Positions 1 to 8,937 of a DNA stretch of 64,000 bases are shown here, one piece after another. The notes below the pieces were generated by a model. It had not been told where the DNA came from. It made no database searches and saw only the letters and a program-made list of their open reading frames with translations. Both the position numbers and the translations under genes were made by a program. Source of the DNA: a virus (Duplodnaviria > Heunggongvirae > Uroviricota > Caudoviricetes); the IMG/VR virus record IMGVR_UViG_3300045988_156524. One strand, given 5' to 3'. Each line of letters starts with the position of its first letter. The stretch's first letter is position 1.

Positions 1-119
1 CTTTTCAGAAGAAAATGCTGCACCATTGCATTTCAGCCACCCCGTTGGCGGTGTGGCTGAGGGCCATGGAATAGGTACACCAACGGGCAGCGCCGAGCCT
101 TCCCCTAAACCAACGTTTT
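1..119. repeat. Direct repeat copy 1 (about 118 bp, 6 mismatches versus 440-558); carries the 5' end of a minus-strand tail-fibre cassette and ends in a cix-like site
   Basis: Read directly: 1-119 aligns base-for-base with 440-558 in the same orientation. Confidence 0.85.
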
Positions 120-129
120 TATGCCGCCC
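1..129 (-). CDS. Tail-fibre variable cassette, 5' end only (continues past window start); begins GRHKNVGLGEGSALPVG
   Basis: Minus-strand frame open from 129 down to position 1; near-identical to the start of the cassette at 441-556. Confidence 0.4.
100..125. other. cix-like crossover site for the Cin-family invertase (12-2-12 layout, core AA at 112-113)
   Basis: TTCCCCTAAACC-AA-CGTTTTTATGCC resembles hix/gix half-sites (TT....AAAACC); sits at a cassette junction. Confidence 0.55.
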
Positions 130-556
130 TTACGATGTAATTAAATGCGATATTTCGCGGCCTGACAGCAACAAAATTTATACCATCACCTACAGAGTTA
201 CTGGTGAAATTAAATCGTGAAAATCCTGGCTGATTTCCGACGATGCCATCATGAAAATTAATTGCGTGCCCTGCACCATCGCCTATATTTCCGGCACGAT
301 GAGAAAAGTTTGTAGCCTCTTGGCTGCTTAATAATGCTCGCCGATTGTCCACACCTCGTCCATCATCCCAACCTCGAATAAATTCGCCCCGTAGATCCGG
401 CAATTTATTAGTGGGGTAAACCTTTGCCAGATTTGGGTACTTTTCAGAAGAAAATGCTGCTCCGTTACATTTCAGCCACCCCGTTGGTGGTGTGGCGGAG
501 GGCCATGGAACAGGTACACCAACGGGCAGCGCCGAGCCTTCCCCTAAACCAACGTT
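119..556 (-). CDS. Promoterless tail-fibre C-terminal variable cassette (Sv-like, 145 codons) with tail-collar motif LPDLRGEFIRGWDDGRGVD
   Basis: Minus-strand frame open 556 to 122, stop 119-121; PWPSATPPTGW and LPDLRGEF motifs; no ATG at the 5' end (track ORF 119-403 starts on TTG). Confidence 0.6.
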   Translation of the reverse strand, partial: NVGLGEGSALPVGVPVPWPSATPPTGWLKCNGAAFSSEKYPNLAKVYPTNKLPDLRGEFIRGWDDGRGVDNRRALLSSQEATNFSHRAGNIGDGAGHAINFHDGIVGNQPGFSRFNFTSNSVGDGINFVAVRPRNIAFNYIVRAA

Positions 557-558
557 TT
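440..558. repeat. Direct repeat copy 2 (partner of 1-119)
   Basis: Read directly; about 95% identical to copy 1. Confidence 0.85.
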
Positions 559-564
559 AGTCTT
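539..564. other. cix-like crossover site immediately upstream of cin (core AA at 551-552)
   Basis: TTCCCCTAAACC-AA-CGTTTTAGTCTT; left half identical to site at 100-125, right half differs. Confidence 0.55.
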
Positions 565-618
565 AATCCCTACCTATACCAACGATGTATTTTTAACTAA
601 ACAAAGAGGTTGTTTTTC

Positions 619-1191
619 ATGCAAATTGGCTACATTCGTGTGTCAACAAATGACCAAAACACAGATTTACAAAGAAATGCACTGAACTGCGCAGGATGTG
701 AACTGATTTTTGAAGATAAAATAAGCGGAACAAAGTCAGCCAGACCAGGCTTGAAAAAGCTGCTCAGAACGTTATCAGAAGGAGATACGCTGGTTGTCTG
801 GAAGCTGGATAGGCTTGGCAGAAGTATGAAACACCTTATCACGCTTATAGAGGAGTTGCGGGAAAAAGGTGTTAATTTCCGTAGTCTGACAGACAGTATT
901 GACACATCAACACCCATGGGGCGTTTCTTTTTTCATGTCATGGGTGCTTTAGCAGAAATGGAACGTGAATTAATTGTTGAGAGAACACTGGCCGGACTGG
1001 CAGCTGCACGCGAACAGGGACGCATTGGCGGACGTCGCCCGAAGTTGACAAAAGAACAACATGAGCAAATAGCGAGGTTGATCGAAAATGGCTACAGCAG
1101 GAAACAGTTGGCAATTATTTACGATATCGGTGTATCGACGATTTATCGTTATCATCCTGTAGAGAAGCGCCAAACTCAATCTGAGCTGTAA
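619..1191 (+). CDS. cin: Serine recombinase, DNA invertase of the Hin/Gin/Cin family (190 aa)
   Basis: MQIGYIRVSTNDQNTDLQ...VVWKLDRLGRS resolvase/invertase signature with catalytic Ser; ATG 619 preceded by AGAGG; next to tail-fibre cassettes. Confidence 0.9.
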   Translation: MQIGYIRVSTNDQNTDLQRNALNCAGCELIFEDKISGTKSARPGLKKLLRTLSEGDTLVVWKLDRLGRSMKHLITLIEELREKGVNFRSLTDSIDTSTPMGRFFFHVMGALAEMERELIVERTLAGLAAAREQGRIGGRRPKLTKEQHEQIARLIENGYSRKQLAIIYDIGVSTIYRYHPVEKRQTQSEL

Positions 1192-1626
1192 TTCTAATGC
1201 CGCGTCGGTGTAATTTATCTTGATAGAATAGGTACATTTATCGCGCGGCACATCAATTCGATGTATCTAGCGCCTGCTGACCGCTAATGAAAACTGTTCT
1301 CGAAATGTTGTCCCTAGTCCGAGACTAGGGTATCACCTCTGGAAAGCATACGCAGAACCTTTTTTAACCCAGGGTGCCCAGCTTTTTTGCTGCTCGCCTT
1401 ATTCGCAAAAATTAGCTCACATCCTGCGCTTTCAAGTGCTTTTCACTGCATAGCTGTGTTTTGTTCATTTGTCTATATGCGTACATAGCCTATTAGCATA
1501 TTTTCTGCCCACTATCGTTATTTATTGCAAGCTACAGGTTTTAATTAACAAAACCAGTGTGTGTGGAAATCACAAAGTGCATACCGTTCTCAAATGTTGT
1601 TCAACTTACTGTTGTATAGGTAAAAA

Positions 1627-1890
1627 ATGACATTTTATGTACATATCGTGATGTTATCCCTTCTTGGTGGGGTGTATTCGTATTTGAGTGGGCTATGTGA
1701 AAACCGTTACGAGTCTTCATGCAAGAAATTGCTGGCCGAATGTATTTCCGCCGTACTTGCTGGCTTTATTGGCATGTATCTCGCGGAATATAAGGACATG
1801 AATGAAAGCCTTCAGAGCTGCATGGTTCTTATTTTCAGCGCCAATAGCAGGCTTATTATTGAAGGTTCCAAAAGTCGGTTGAATAGGTAA
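1627..1890 (+). CDS. Small membrane protein (87 aa), possible lysis accessory
   Basis: ATG ORF with two hydrophobic segments upstream of the holin-like gene; weak RBS. Confidence 0.3.
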   Translation: MTFYVHIVMLSLLGGVYSYLSGLCENRYESSCKKLLAECISAVLAGFIGMYLAEYKDMNESLQSCMVLIFSANSRLIIEGSKSRLNR

Positions 1891-1964
1891 GTCTCTTATG
1901 CAACATAACCGGTTGAGAAGTTACTTTGCATACCATTACCTCCTGACAACGTAGGAGGGAACTT

Positions 1965-2294
1965 GTGCTTGACACACAGGAATTAGCTCCAGTTGCTATT
2001 GCGCTCCTGCTTTCAGTAATTGGTGGGATAGGCACGTTCCTGATGGATGTCCGAGACGGTCGCCAGTCTGGCAATTTGTTGGGATTGGTTACGGAGATCT
2101 TTGTTGCAGTGACAGCTGGCGCGGTGGCGTACCTATTGGGGCAACACGAGGGCTGGGAGTTATCAATTACGTACTTAATGGTAACGATAGCCAGCAATAA
2201 CGGTCATGAGGTGATTTCAGGGATGAAACGAGTGAATATCGATAGCATTCTGAATGTTCTTACAAGTTTGGTGAAAAAGGGAGGCGGGAAATGA
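1965..2294 (+). CDS. lydA: Holin-like protein, 3 predicted TM segments (109 aa)
   Basis: GTG start after AGGAGGGA; hydrophobic segments LAPVAIALLLSVIGGIGTFL and LLGLVTEIFVAVTAGAVAYLL; position matches P1 lydA by synteny (from memory). Confidence 0.5.
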   Translation: MLDTQELAPVAIALLLSVIGGIGTFLMDVRDGRQSGNLLGLVTEIFVAVTAGAVAYLLGQHEGWELSITYLMVTIASNNGHEVISGMKRVNIDSILNVLTSLVKKGGGK

Positions 2295-2734
2295 TTGGCT
2301 GGGGTGTATGCGTTCTTGCGTTAGCCTTAGCCGATCGCTATTTGCTAAAACGCAAGGACATCACGCATTTAGAACTTGGTGATGTGGAAATTAAACCGGG
2401 TTTCATCCGGGTGCCGTTCAAATACCGGTCTAAATTCCCGTTTTTGCGCGGCGCAACGGTCAGATATTGGATCCGCGATGTTCAGAAGCCGACGACAGTG
2501 ATTGAAGGCGAACAACGTTGTTTGACGTCGGCTGAACAGGGCGAAAACAGTGAATGGTTGTACATACCCACTGAATATATGGGTAAAGGAGAGCGACTGT
2601 GGCATTTCAACGTCATGGTTACGCATGGCGACTCGTTCATTAACCCGTTGTATCGGATTTTCCCTGTTACTCAGCAAATCCGCAGAAGTTACGTAATAAA
2701 TCTCGCACAGGATGTGTCAGATGACGAAAAATAA
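2291..2734 (+). CDS. lydB: Antiholin-like protein (147 aa)
   Basis: ATG overlaps the holin stop; GGGAGG RBS; synteny with P1 lydA-lydB (from memory). Confidence 0.45.
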   Translation: MIGWGVCVLALALADRYLLKRKDITHLELGDVEIKPGFIRVPFKYRSKFPFLRGATVRYWIRDVQKPTTVIEGEQRCLTSAEQGENSEWLYIPTEYMGKGERLWHFNVMVTHGDSFINPLYRIFPVTQQIRRSYVINLAQDVSDDEK

Positions 2735-3323
2735 GTATGCAACGGTCGATTTTGACCAGGTTAATGAAAAGGGGCTGAAATCCCTTATCGCGGCGATCAA
2801 TAAAACCGGTGTTACGGTAATTGAGGTTGACTCCAGCAACCGCGCAACAACGAAAGATGGCGTTAAAGTTAAAACCGCAAAGCTGGTTCTTAACGACGGA
2901 CAAATTCTTGCCATACAGGTAAACGATACTGGCGATATATCGTCTGTGAGGCTGAATGGAAAAGCTATTCCTAACGCTCAGTCGCCGGATATCAAGACGC
3001 TTGGTACCGTCATGGGGCAAGCGGCCCGCAAAAACTCCGCAAAATTCCAGAAATCACTGATCGCCAAAGCGAAACGTGTTGCCAATCCGGTAGACAAGAA
3101 ACCGGCAGTAAAATCCAACTTTCAGCGCCTGCAAGAGGCAAAACAGCGGAATGCTCAGGTGGTTGCCGCTTATAAATCAGCGCAGAACTCGGTGTCTTTC
3201 AATCAACAGCAGATCACTGATTTGCGGGCGAAGCTGGATAAGGAGACAGGCCGACTCAATAACGAAAAGGCCCGAAATGGCGAACTCAAACGCCGTCTTA
3301 AGCAACTGAAAGCAGGAAATTAA
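2712..3323 (+). CDS. hdf: DarA-related protein (203 aa)
   Basis: Shares the KNSAKFQ segment and coiled-coil tail with the next gene; synteny. Confidence 0.5.
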   Translation: MCQMTKNKYATVDFDQVNEKGLKSLIAAINKTGVTVIEVDSSNRATTKDGVKVKTAKLVLNDGQILAIQVNDTGDISSVRLNGKAIPNAQSPDIKTLGTVMGQAARKNSAKFQKSLIAKAKRVANPVDKKPAVKSNFQRLQEAKQRNAQVVAAYKSAQNSVSFNQQQITDLRAKLDKETGRLNNEKARNGELKRRLKQLKAGN

Positions 3324-3324
3324 C

Positions 3325-5244
3325 ATGGAACAGTTCAATATCAATAAAGGGGTGACGATCAAGCCTGGGCTTGACGTGCTTCCCCCGCCAGTGACTGATG
3401 ATGAATATCGCGCATTAATGGCCGGTGAGGACCGCTATCTGATGACGGAATCCAACACCCTGGAGGAAATCGAGGCTACGTTCTTCTATGACACGCCGAT
3501 CCACTGGTGTGCTACGGATTTACTGGAGGCGATTAGTTCTACTCGTTTGCAGTTACACCGGACCATGCAGGCATTTGTCCGGGCATTGAACCAGAAGCTG
3601 AATGGTACCGGAATCTCTGCGGGGAGTGATAAAACGGGGGATGTGGCCCAGAGCGGCGCGCGCGCGATCGGCGGTGCTGAAATTGGCCGGGCACGTAACG
3701 TTAACGGGCTGCCGGTCCTGCCAGCCATTATTCCGCTCAGTGATGGTCAGACTATCAGCATTCTGTTTCATAGCCCGACAGCGGAAAACCGGATCACCAA
3801 TAGCGATACGCTGGTTGCTTTCCAGTTCTTACTGAATAAAAAAGACGTTACTCACACCGTTGCTCCGATGAGTGGACGTGATATGACGCTGGCGCAGGTC
3901 ACCATGAAACTTGCCAACCTTGCAGAGAAAAACTCGGCAAAATTTCAGCGTGCGCAGAAGAAGAAAAAAGCCCTTGTTGATGAAATAACCCAACTACAGG
4001 CTGACAGTGACCAGAAAGAGGATGCCATGAGCGACCTCGTGGATCAGGTGGCAGCGGTAGAAGGGCAGAAGGTAGATCTGGAGCAGAAAATTAACGCTGT
4101 TGCATCGGAAGCGGATTCTCTTTATGAAGAGAATGAGCGTTTGCAGACGGAGATTGATCAGCTCAATCGCACTGGTGGGCGCGATACCATTGCTCCTGCG
4201 GGGATGACTGGTGGACACTCTCGCGCGATGACGGATCGCCTTGCCAGTATCAAAAATCGTATGCATATGAACGGGGAAGTGACGCTCAGTAATGGTGCAT
4301 CAATGAAGCAATTCATTGAGGACGGCGAAGGGTATATCCAGTTAACCGATTCGGATGGCAGCGTGTACATGATCAAGGCTAAATCCATACAGGGTGTGGA
4401 CATGGCAGATGCGATCGGCAAGCTGTTTAAAGCCTATAAAGCGGGTAATGTATCGGAATACCTGGTCCAACCAGAAGAACATAAACCGGAAAACGTCGAA
4501 CCTGAACCAGCGGAGGATACCGGTAGCTCTTCGCCTGAACCAGAAGTCTCTGTAGGTGCATATCGATATGCCCTGCAAATGCGTCCGGCGGCCCCTGGCG
4601 CAATACCTGAAGGTAACAAAGCAATTCTGCCGCGCCCTGATGAAGGTGACCCGTATTATGAATATGCACGCTACGGCATTGCTACTTACGATACCCCGCT
4701 TTCTGATCAGCAAATGAGTGAGTACGACCTGAAGTTATTGCCTCGCGAGGATTCTTTCGACTTCCTGGCGAAGACACTTACTAATGGTCCGTTTGGCAAA
4801 TATGCACAAAAAGCTCTGGAGCTGGCCACCAGCTCACCAGACGAGTTCCGCGTAATGCTGAAAACTCAGTTTCAAAAAACTTTCCCCAATATTGCGTTTC
4901 CGGGGGGCGCTGGCACCGAGAAAATGGTGCAGAGCATGATCAATGCATTGCAGGCCGAAGTCGGTGAGATTACTCAGCCAGAACCTGCCCCGGCACAGCC
5001 TGATGAAACGGTTAGCGAAGCAGATGCAGAGGCTAATAAAGCCATTGAATATCTCAATAACGTGATGGATATGCAAAGCACTGACATGGCGGAGATCCGT
5101 AACGCCCGGGGTAATGTCCGGGAAGCGATTGCAGCCCTTCAGGCTGCCGGGCGTTTTGAGGAAAACGAAGAGCTGGTTAATGGCGCTGCTCGCCACTTGG
5201 CTGATCTGCTGGTAGCAATCCAGAAAGCGGGGGTAGCGGCATGA
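3325..5244 (+). CDS. darA: Head-internal antirestriction protein DarA-like (639 aa)
   Basis: ATG 3325 with AGGAAA RBS; size and operon position match P1 darA as I recall it. Confidence 0.55.
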   Translation: MEQFNINKGVTIKPGLDVLPPPVTDDEYRALMAGEDRYLMTESNTLEEIEATFFYDTPIHWCATDLLEAISSTRLQLHRTMQAFVRALNQKLNGTGISAGSDKTGDVAQSGARAIGGAEIGRARNVNGLPVLPAIIPLSDGQTISILFHSPTAENRITNSDTLVAFQFLLNKKDVTHTVAPMSGRDMTLAQVTMKLANLAEKNSAKFQRAQKKKKALVDEITQLQADSDQKEDAMSDLVDQVAAVEGQKVDLEQKINAVASEADSLYEENERLQTEIDQLNRTGGRDTIAPAGMTGGHSRAMTDRLASIKNRMHMNGEVTLSNGASMKQFIEDGEGYIQLTDSDGSVYMIKAKSIQGVDMADAIGKLFKAYKAGNVSEYLVQPEEHKPENVEPEPAEDTGSSSPEPEVSVGAYRYALQMRPAAPGAIPEGNKAILPRPDEGDPYYEYARYGIATYDTPLSDQQMSEYDLKLLPREDSFDFLAKTLTNGPFGKYAQKALELATSSPDEFRVMLKTQFQKTFPNIAFPGGAGTEKMVQSMINALQAEVGEITQPEPAPAQPDETVSEADAEANKAIEYLNNVMDMQSTDMAEIRNARGNVREAIAALQAAGRFEENEELVNGAARHLADLLVAIQKAGVAA

Positions 5245-5606
5245 CACTATCAGCTATTGAGTTAATGGATCTCAGCGATAAGTTGGATGCTTTGATGTCC
5301 AAAGCGGCTACCGCGAGTGGCATGGAGTTGCTGGATATCAGCGATGAAATTGACCAGATCATGCAACAGATGGGGTACGGTGTGTCCGGCGGCAGTAGTG
5401 GCGAGGAAAAACAACCTTCGGTACATGATGGTGTGCCAAAACTGGTTGCTGATTTCCTGGCTGATAAATTCGTCGATCAGAGCACCGATGCATTTATCGG
5501 TACCTTGCAGGATTTGAGTCAATATGTTGGCACATACATCGACCTGGACCAGGTTAAACAGCACACGGCGGCATGGATAGCCGCCAACATTAAAGAGGCA
5601 GCATAA
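5241..5606 (+). CDS. ddrA: Small dar-operon protein (121 aa)
   Basis: ATG overlaps darA stop (translational coupling); synteny. Confidence 0.45.
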   Translation: MTLSAIELMDLSDKLDALMSKAATASGMELLDISDEIDQIMQQMGYGVSGGSSGEEKQPSVHDGVPKLVADFLADKFVDQSTDAFIGTLQDLSQYVGTYIDLDQVKQHTAAWIAANIKEAA

Positions 5607-5617
5607 GGCGTAACAGG

Positions 5618-8605
5618 ATGAGCTTAAGCGATCAGGTGGTAATGGCCACCAGCATAGAAACGCTGATCGAGCTGCTAAAGAACCTGCCCGGTTATGGGCG
5701 GGTTTCGTATGTGGTGACAGCGAAGGGAGACGAGGTAAAAACAGCGTTTGATATCGTCGATGCCTCAGCTCTTTTGGTATCCAATACTCTGGATGGGAAA
5801 ATTAATCCTGACTATCCCCAGGAACTTCAGCCGCGCGACCGGACCCGCGCATCCAGCCTTCTTCAGGTTAACCAGATATCCAAAGATTTGCGGCCTGCTC
5901 AGCTTACTGATTCCGGTTTATCCAGCCATGGTGCGCCGATAATTGGTGAGGACAATGCCGTTGAGTCAGGTAATGGACGGACCATGGGGATCATCAAAGC
6001 CTATCAGGACGGCAATGCGGATCGGTATCGTGAGTACCTGATTGATCATGCGACCGAATTCGGCATACGACCTGAAAAGGTTGAATCAATGACGGCTCCG
6101 GTACTGGTGCGCCGCCGGTTAACCAAGGTTGACCGCGTTCAGTTTGCCAAGGACTCAAATATTTCTGATCTTCAGGAAATGGCAGCCAGTGAAAAGGCTT
6201 TTGTTGATGCCGACAGCATAACACCGGCGATGATGGCGCTTTTTAACCCGTCAGAAAGCGGAGATCTGCTTAGCCGCAGTAATGACGCGTTTATTCGCGG
6301 ATTTATGACGCAAGTTGGTGCCACACAGGCGGCTGGCCTTGTAACGGAAGATGGGCGACCAACGCGGCAACTTGTTGACCGTATACAAAACGCGATCTTT
6401 GCCAAGGCATATAAGGATGCGCGCCTGGTAAGGATGGTTGCAGAAGAACCTGATCCGGATATGCGTAATGTTCTGACGGCGCTTAATGCGGCAGCCAATG
6501 ATTTTGTCCAGATGCAGGCTTTATCAGGAGAAGCGCACAAGCAGGCTGTGACAACTATTGTTGATGGCATTGAGACAGCGGATAGCCTCGATAAAAAGGC
6601 GCTGGCGGCATTGAAAGATGCGGTAGACCTGGTAAGGCAATCGAAGGAGTCAGGCCAGCATATTACCGATGTTATTGCTCAGGGGGATATGTTCAGCGAA
6701 ACGGCCCCGGAAGTGAAAGCACTCGCGTTGTTCATCGTCGCGAATAACCGTAGCGCGAAGCGTATGGCCACCGCCTTTAAGTTGATGGCTCAACGTATCA
6801 ATGATGAGTTACAGCACCAGGGCCAGGCGCTGGGGGATATGTTTGGCGGTGGTGATGTGTCGTTACAGGATATCCTTCGCCAGGTGTCTCAGGAACTGGA
6901 AAACGAAGGCATGCAAGGGATATCCGGCGGTCTTTTCGAGTCCGTTTCCGGCGGTAGTTACAATGGTGTTGCTCCATATACCAGTTTGCTATTACATCGG
7001 GCATCCGGCATCAAAGACATTATTCATCTGATCAGGCTGCTTTCCCGTACAGATCCCCAGGATGAACAGCTTGTACAAGTGCTTGCGCATTTTGTTCGAA
7101 TGCCTGTTGCCGACGTGAAAAAATGGTGCCGATTATTCGGTATCAGCAATTCGTTACTTCGCGGCTTGTTAAATCACGCATCCTCCCTTGGGCGCGATGG
7201 CTTTGACGAGATAGCGCAGGCGATAAAAAACGGAGATATGCCACCAGCTATTGACTGGTTTTCCATTCGCCCAACCAGGGTGAAAGCATTCCTTAGCGCG
7301 GCGCATTCGGCATCACCATTGGCAGAAATGGTTCAGAGGTTGTCGCTCATATTCACAGACCATACCGCGTTGGGTGATCTGACTCTGGACGAGATGAAAG
7401 AAGCCTCCATTCAGTGGGCCGATCAACAAAATGAGGTTAACTATGACTTCTTGCCAGCATTCAGGAAGGCCGTTAGTAAAGCTGATGATGCCCGTGGAAT
7501 TCTGAGGGCATTTAAGGCATTGCAAAGTCAGGTTAATAAACATGTCGGTGATATCGATGGGGTAACGGCGGAAGGCAGGGATATCCTTAAAGAGCACGGC
7601 ATAACGCCAGAGTTTATTGATGAGATCAGGACTGATATGCAGCGTGAGGTCGTATCGTCCCTGCAAATCGTAGCCAGAGCGTTGGCGGATGCTAATCCGA
7701 AGAGTGCGGCCATTGTTAACCGTGTTATTGGTGATATTGAAGCATCGGAGGGCATGGGGGCGCTGAAACTCTTCCTTTCGCGAGCGTTTAATCCTAACGG
7801 CAATATTCTCCCCGGCATTATTGGTGAGGCTAAAAAGTATGTCAGCGAAGAAGAACTTGAGCATCTTGACCAACTACTTAAGCGATTCTCATATAACCCG
7901 CAGACACGCTGGCAAATGAATCAGCAAAGTATGGGTTCGGTCCACGAGAAAGTGTTATCTGCCATGAACAGTGCGATCGCCAACTCATCCGTATCTGAAG
8001 AAAAAGCTCTTGAGTGGGCCGACTCTTTTATCACGGAAGAAGTGGAAGAAGCCCGCGCTGGACAGAATGGTGGGATAGACCTGCGCAAGGAACTTGCTGA
8101 TATTTATCGCCTGACCGGCGGTAAAATTTCGACCTTATCAAAGGTGGTTCACCACCAGGGAAGGGCATATGCAAATATTAATGGTGTTGTTGCTGTCAAT
8201 TTGAACGATGAAAATGCAAGTGCACTGTGGCACGAGCTGGGTCATCATCTTGAGTACAGTAACCCTGGTTTGTTAGAGAAAGCCCGGTCATTCCTGAAGG
8301 CCAATGTTGAAGGGGATAAGCCATCTTTCGTTAATATCGGTGGGCGTGGCAAGCCTGAATGGTGCTTCAGATCTCGATTGAGTAATATTTATATGGCGAA
8401 GGTATACCCGCCAGCCTCAGTAAGTAACACCGGGAAAATTCGGCAGAAATCACCGACTATTTCCAAAACGTCAGCAACGGAAGTATTCTCTATGGCTCTT
8501 CAGTTGTATCATGACAAAGAGGCCGCTGCCGCATCACTGATGAATGGTGACGGATTGCTGGAACTGTTATTAGGTGTGGCAAAGGAGCTAAATAATGCAG
8601 ATTAA
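5618..8605 (+). CDS. ddrB: Large dar-operon protein (995 aa) with an HELGHH zinc-metallopeptidase-like motif
   Basis: ATG 5618; HExxH motif (WHELGHHLEY) near C-terminus; synteny. Confidence 0.5.
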   Translation: MSLSDQVVMATSIETLIELLKNLPGYGRVSYVVTAKGDEVKTAFDIVDASALLVSNTLDGKINPDYPQELQPRDRTRASSLLQVNQISKDLRPAQLTDSGLSSHGAPIIGEDNAVESGNGRTMGIIKAYQDGNADRYREYLIDHATEFGIRPEKVESMTAPVLVRRRLTKVDRVQFAKDSNISDLQEMAASEKAFVDADSITPAMMALFNPSESGDLLSRSNDAFIRGFMTQVGATQAAGLVTEDGRPTRQLVDRIQNAIFAKAYKDARLVRMVAEEPDPDMRNVLTALNAAANDFVQMQALSGEAHKQAVTTIVDGIETADSLDKKALAALKDAVDLVRQSKESGQHITDVIAQGDMFSETAPEVKALALFIVANNRSAKRMATAFKLMAQRINDELQHQGQALGDMFGGGDVSLQDILRQVSQELENEGMQGISGGLFESVSGGSYNGVAPYTSLLLHRASGIKDIIHLIRLLSRTDPQDEQLVQVLAHFVRMPVADVKKWCRLFGISNSLLRGLLNHASSLGRDGFDEIAQAIKNGDMPPAIDWFSIRPTRVKAFLSAAHSASPLAEMVQRLSLIFTDHTALGDLTLDEMKEASIQWADQQNEVNYDFLPAFRKAVSKADDARGILRAFKALQSQVNKHVGDIDGVTAEGRDILKEHGITPEFIDEIRTDMQREVVSSLQIVARALADANPKSAAIVNRVIGDIEASEGMGALKLFLSRAFNPNGNILPGIIGEAKKYVSEEELEHLDQLLKRFSYNPQTRWQMNQQSMGSVHEKVLSAMNSAIANSSVSEEKALEWADSFITEEVEEARAGQNGGIDLRKELADIYRLTGGKISTLSKVVHHQGRAYANINGVVAVNLNDENASALWHELGHHLEYSNPGLLEKARSFLKANVEGDKPSFVNIGGRGKPEWCFRSRLSNIYMAKVYPPASVSNTGKIRQKSPTISKTSATEVFSMALQLYHDKEAAAASLMNGDGLLELLLGVAKELNNAD

Positions 8606-8906
8606 AATCGCAGCGCCATTAGGCGGAGATGCCATTATCGAATTTGATGATAATGAAGAAGTTTCCGGGCGTTTAAGCATTATCTCCGGTGACATTACCG
8701 AGGACATGATCGCTGAAGCCATAGCTGGGGCAAATCCCAATAGCTATATGGGATTCGTTAACACCCTTGATGCTCCCGCAAGTGATGTTCTCCGAACGCT
8801 GCATCTTTACGCTGGCTGGTTTGTTGATTGGCCAGCAGTAGATGGTGGCGATGAGGACGACGACGACGATGATTTTGGTGATCATGTAGACCAGATCGTA
8901 TATTGA
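8595..8906 (+). CDS. Acidic hypothetical protein (103 aa, poly-Asp tail)
   Basis: ATG with AAGGAG RBS, overlaps upstream stop. Confidence 0.4.
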   Translation: MQIKIAAPLGGDAIIEFDDNEEVSGRLSIISGDITEDMIAEAIAGANPNSYMGFVNTLDAPASDVLRTLHLYAGWFVDWPAVDGGDEDDDDDDFGDHVDQIVY

Positions 8907-8936
8907 AGAAATCCCGCCAATTGGCGGGATTTTTAC
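8906..8936. terminator. Bidirectional rho-independent terminator between convergent genes
   Basis: Perfect palindrome AAATCCCGCCAA/TTGGCGGGATTT flanked by T runs on both strands. Confidence 0.7.
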
Positions 8937-8937
8937 C

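Noticed and set aside
26-220. Plus-strand 64-aa ORF at the window start
   Set aside because: Lies antisense to the tail-fibre cassette inside the direct repeat; no RBS; the minus-strand frame has clear tail-fibre motifs.
1-559. Possibility that the two 118-bp direct repeats are insertion-sequence ends
   Set aside because: They encode the conserved N-terminus of tail-fibre cassettes and end in invertase crossover-like sites; no transposase lies between them.
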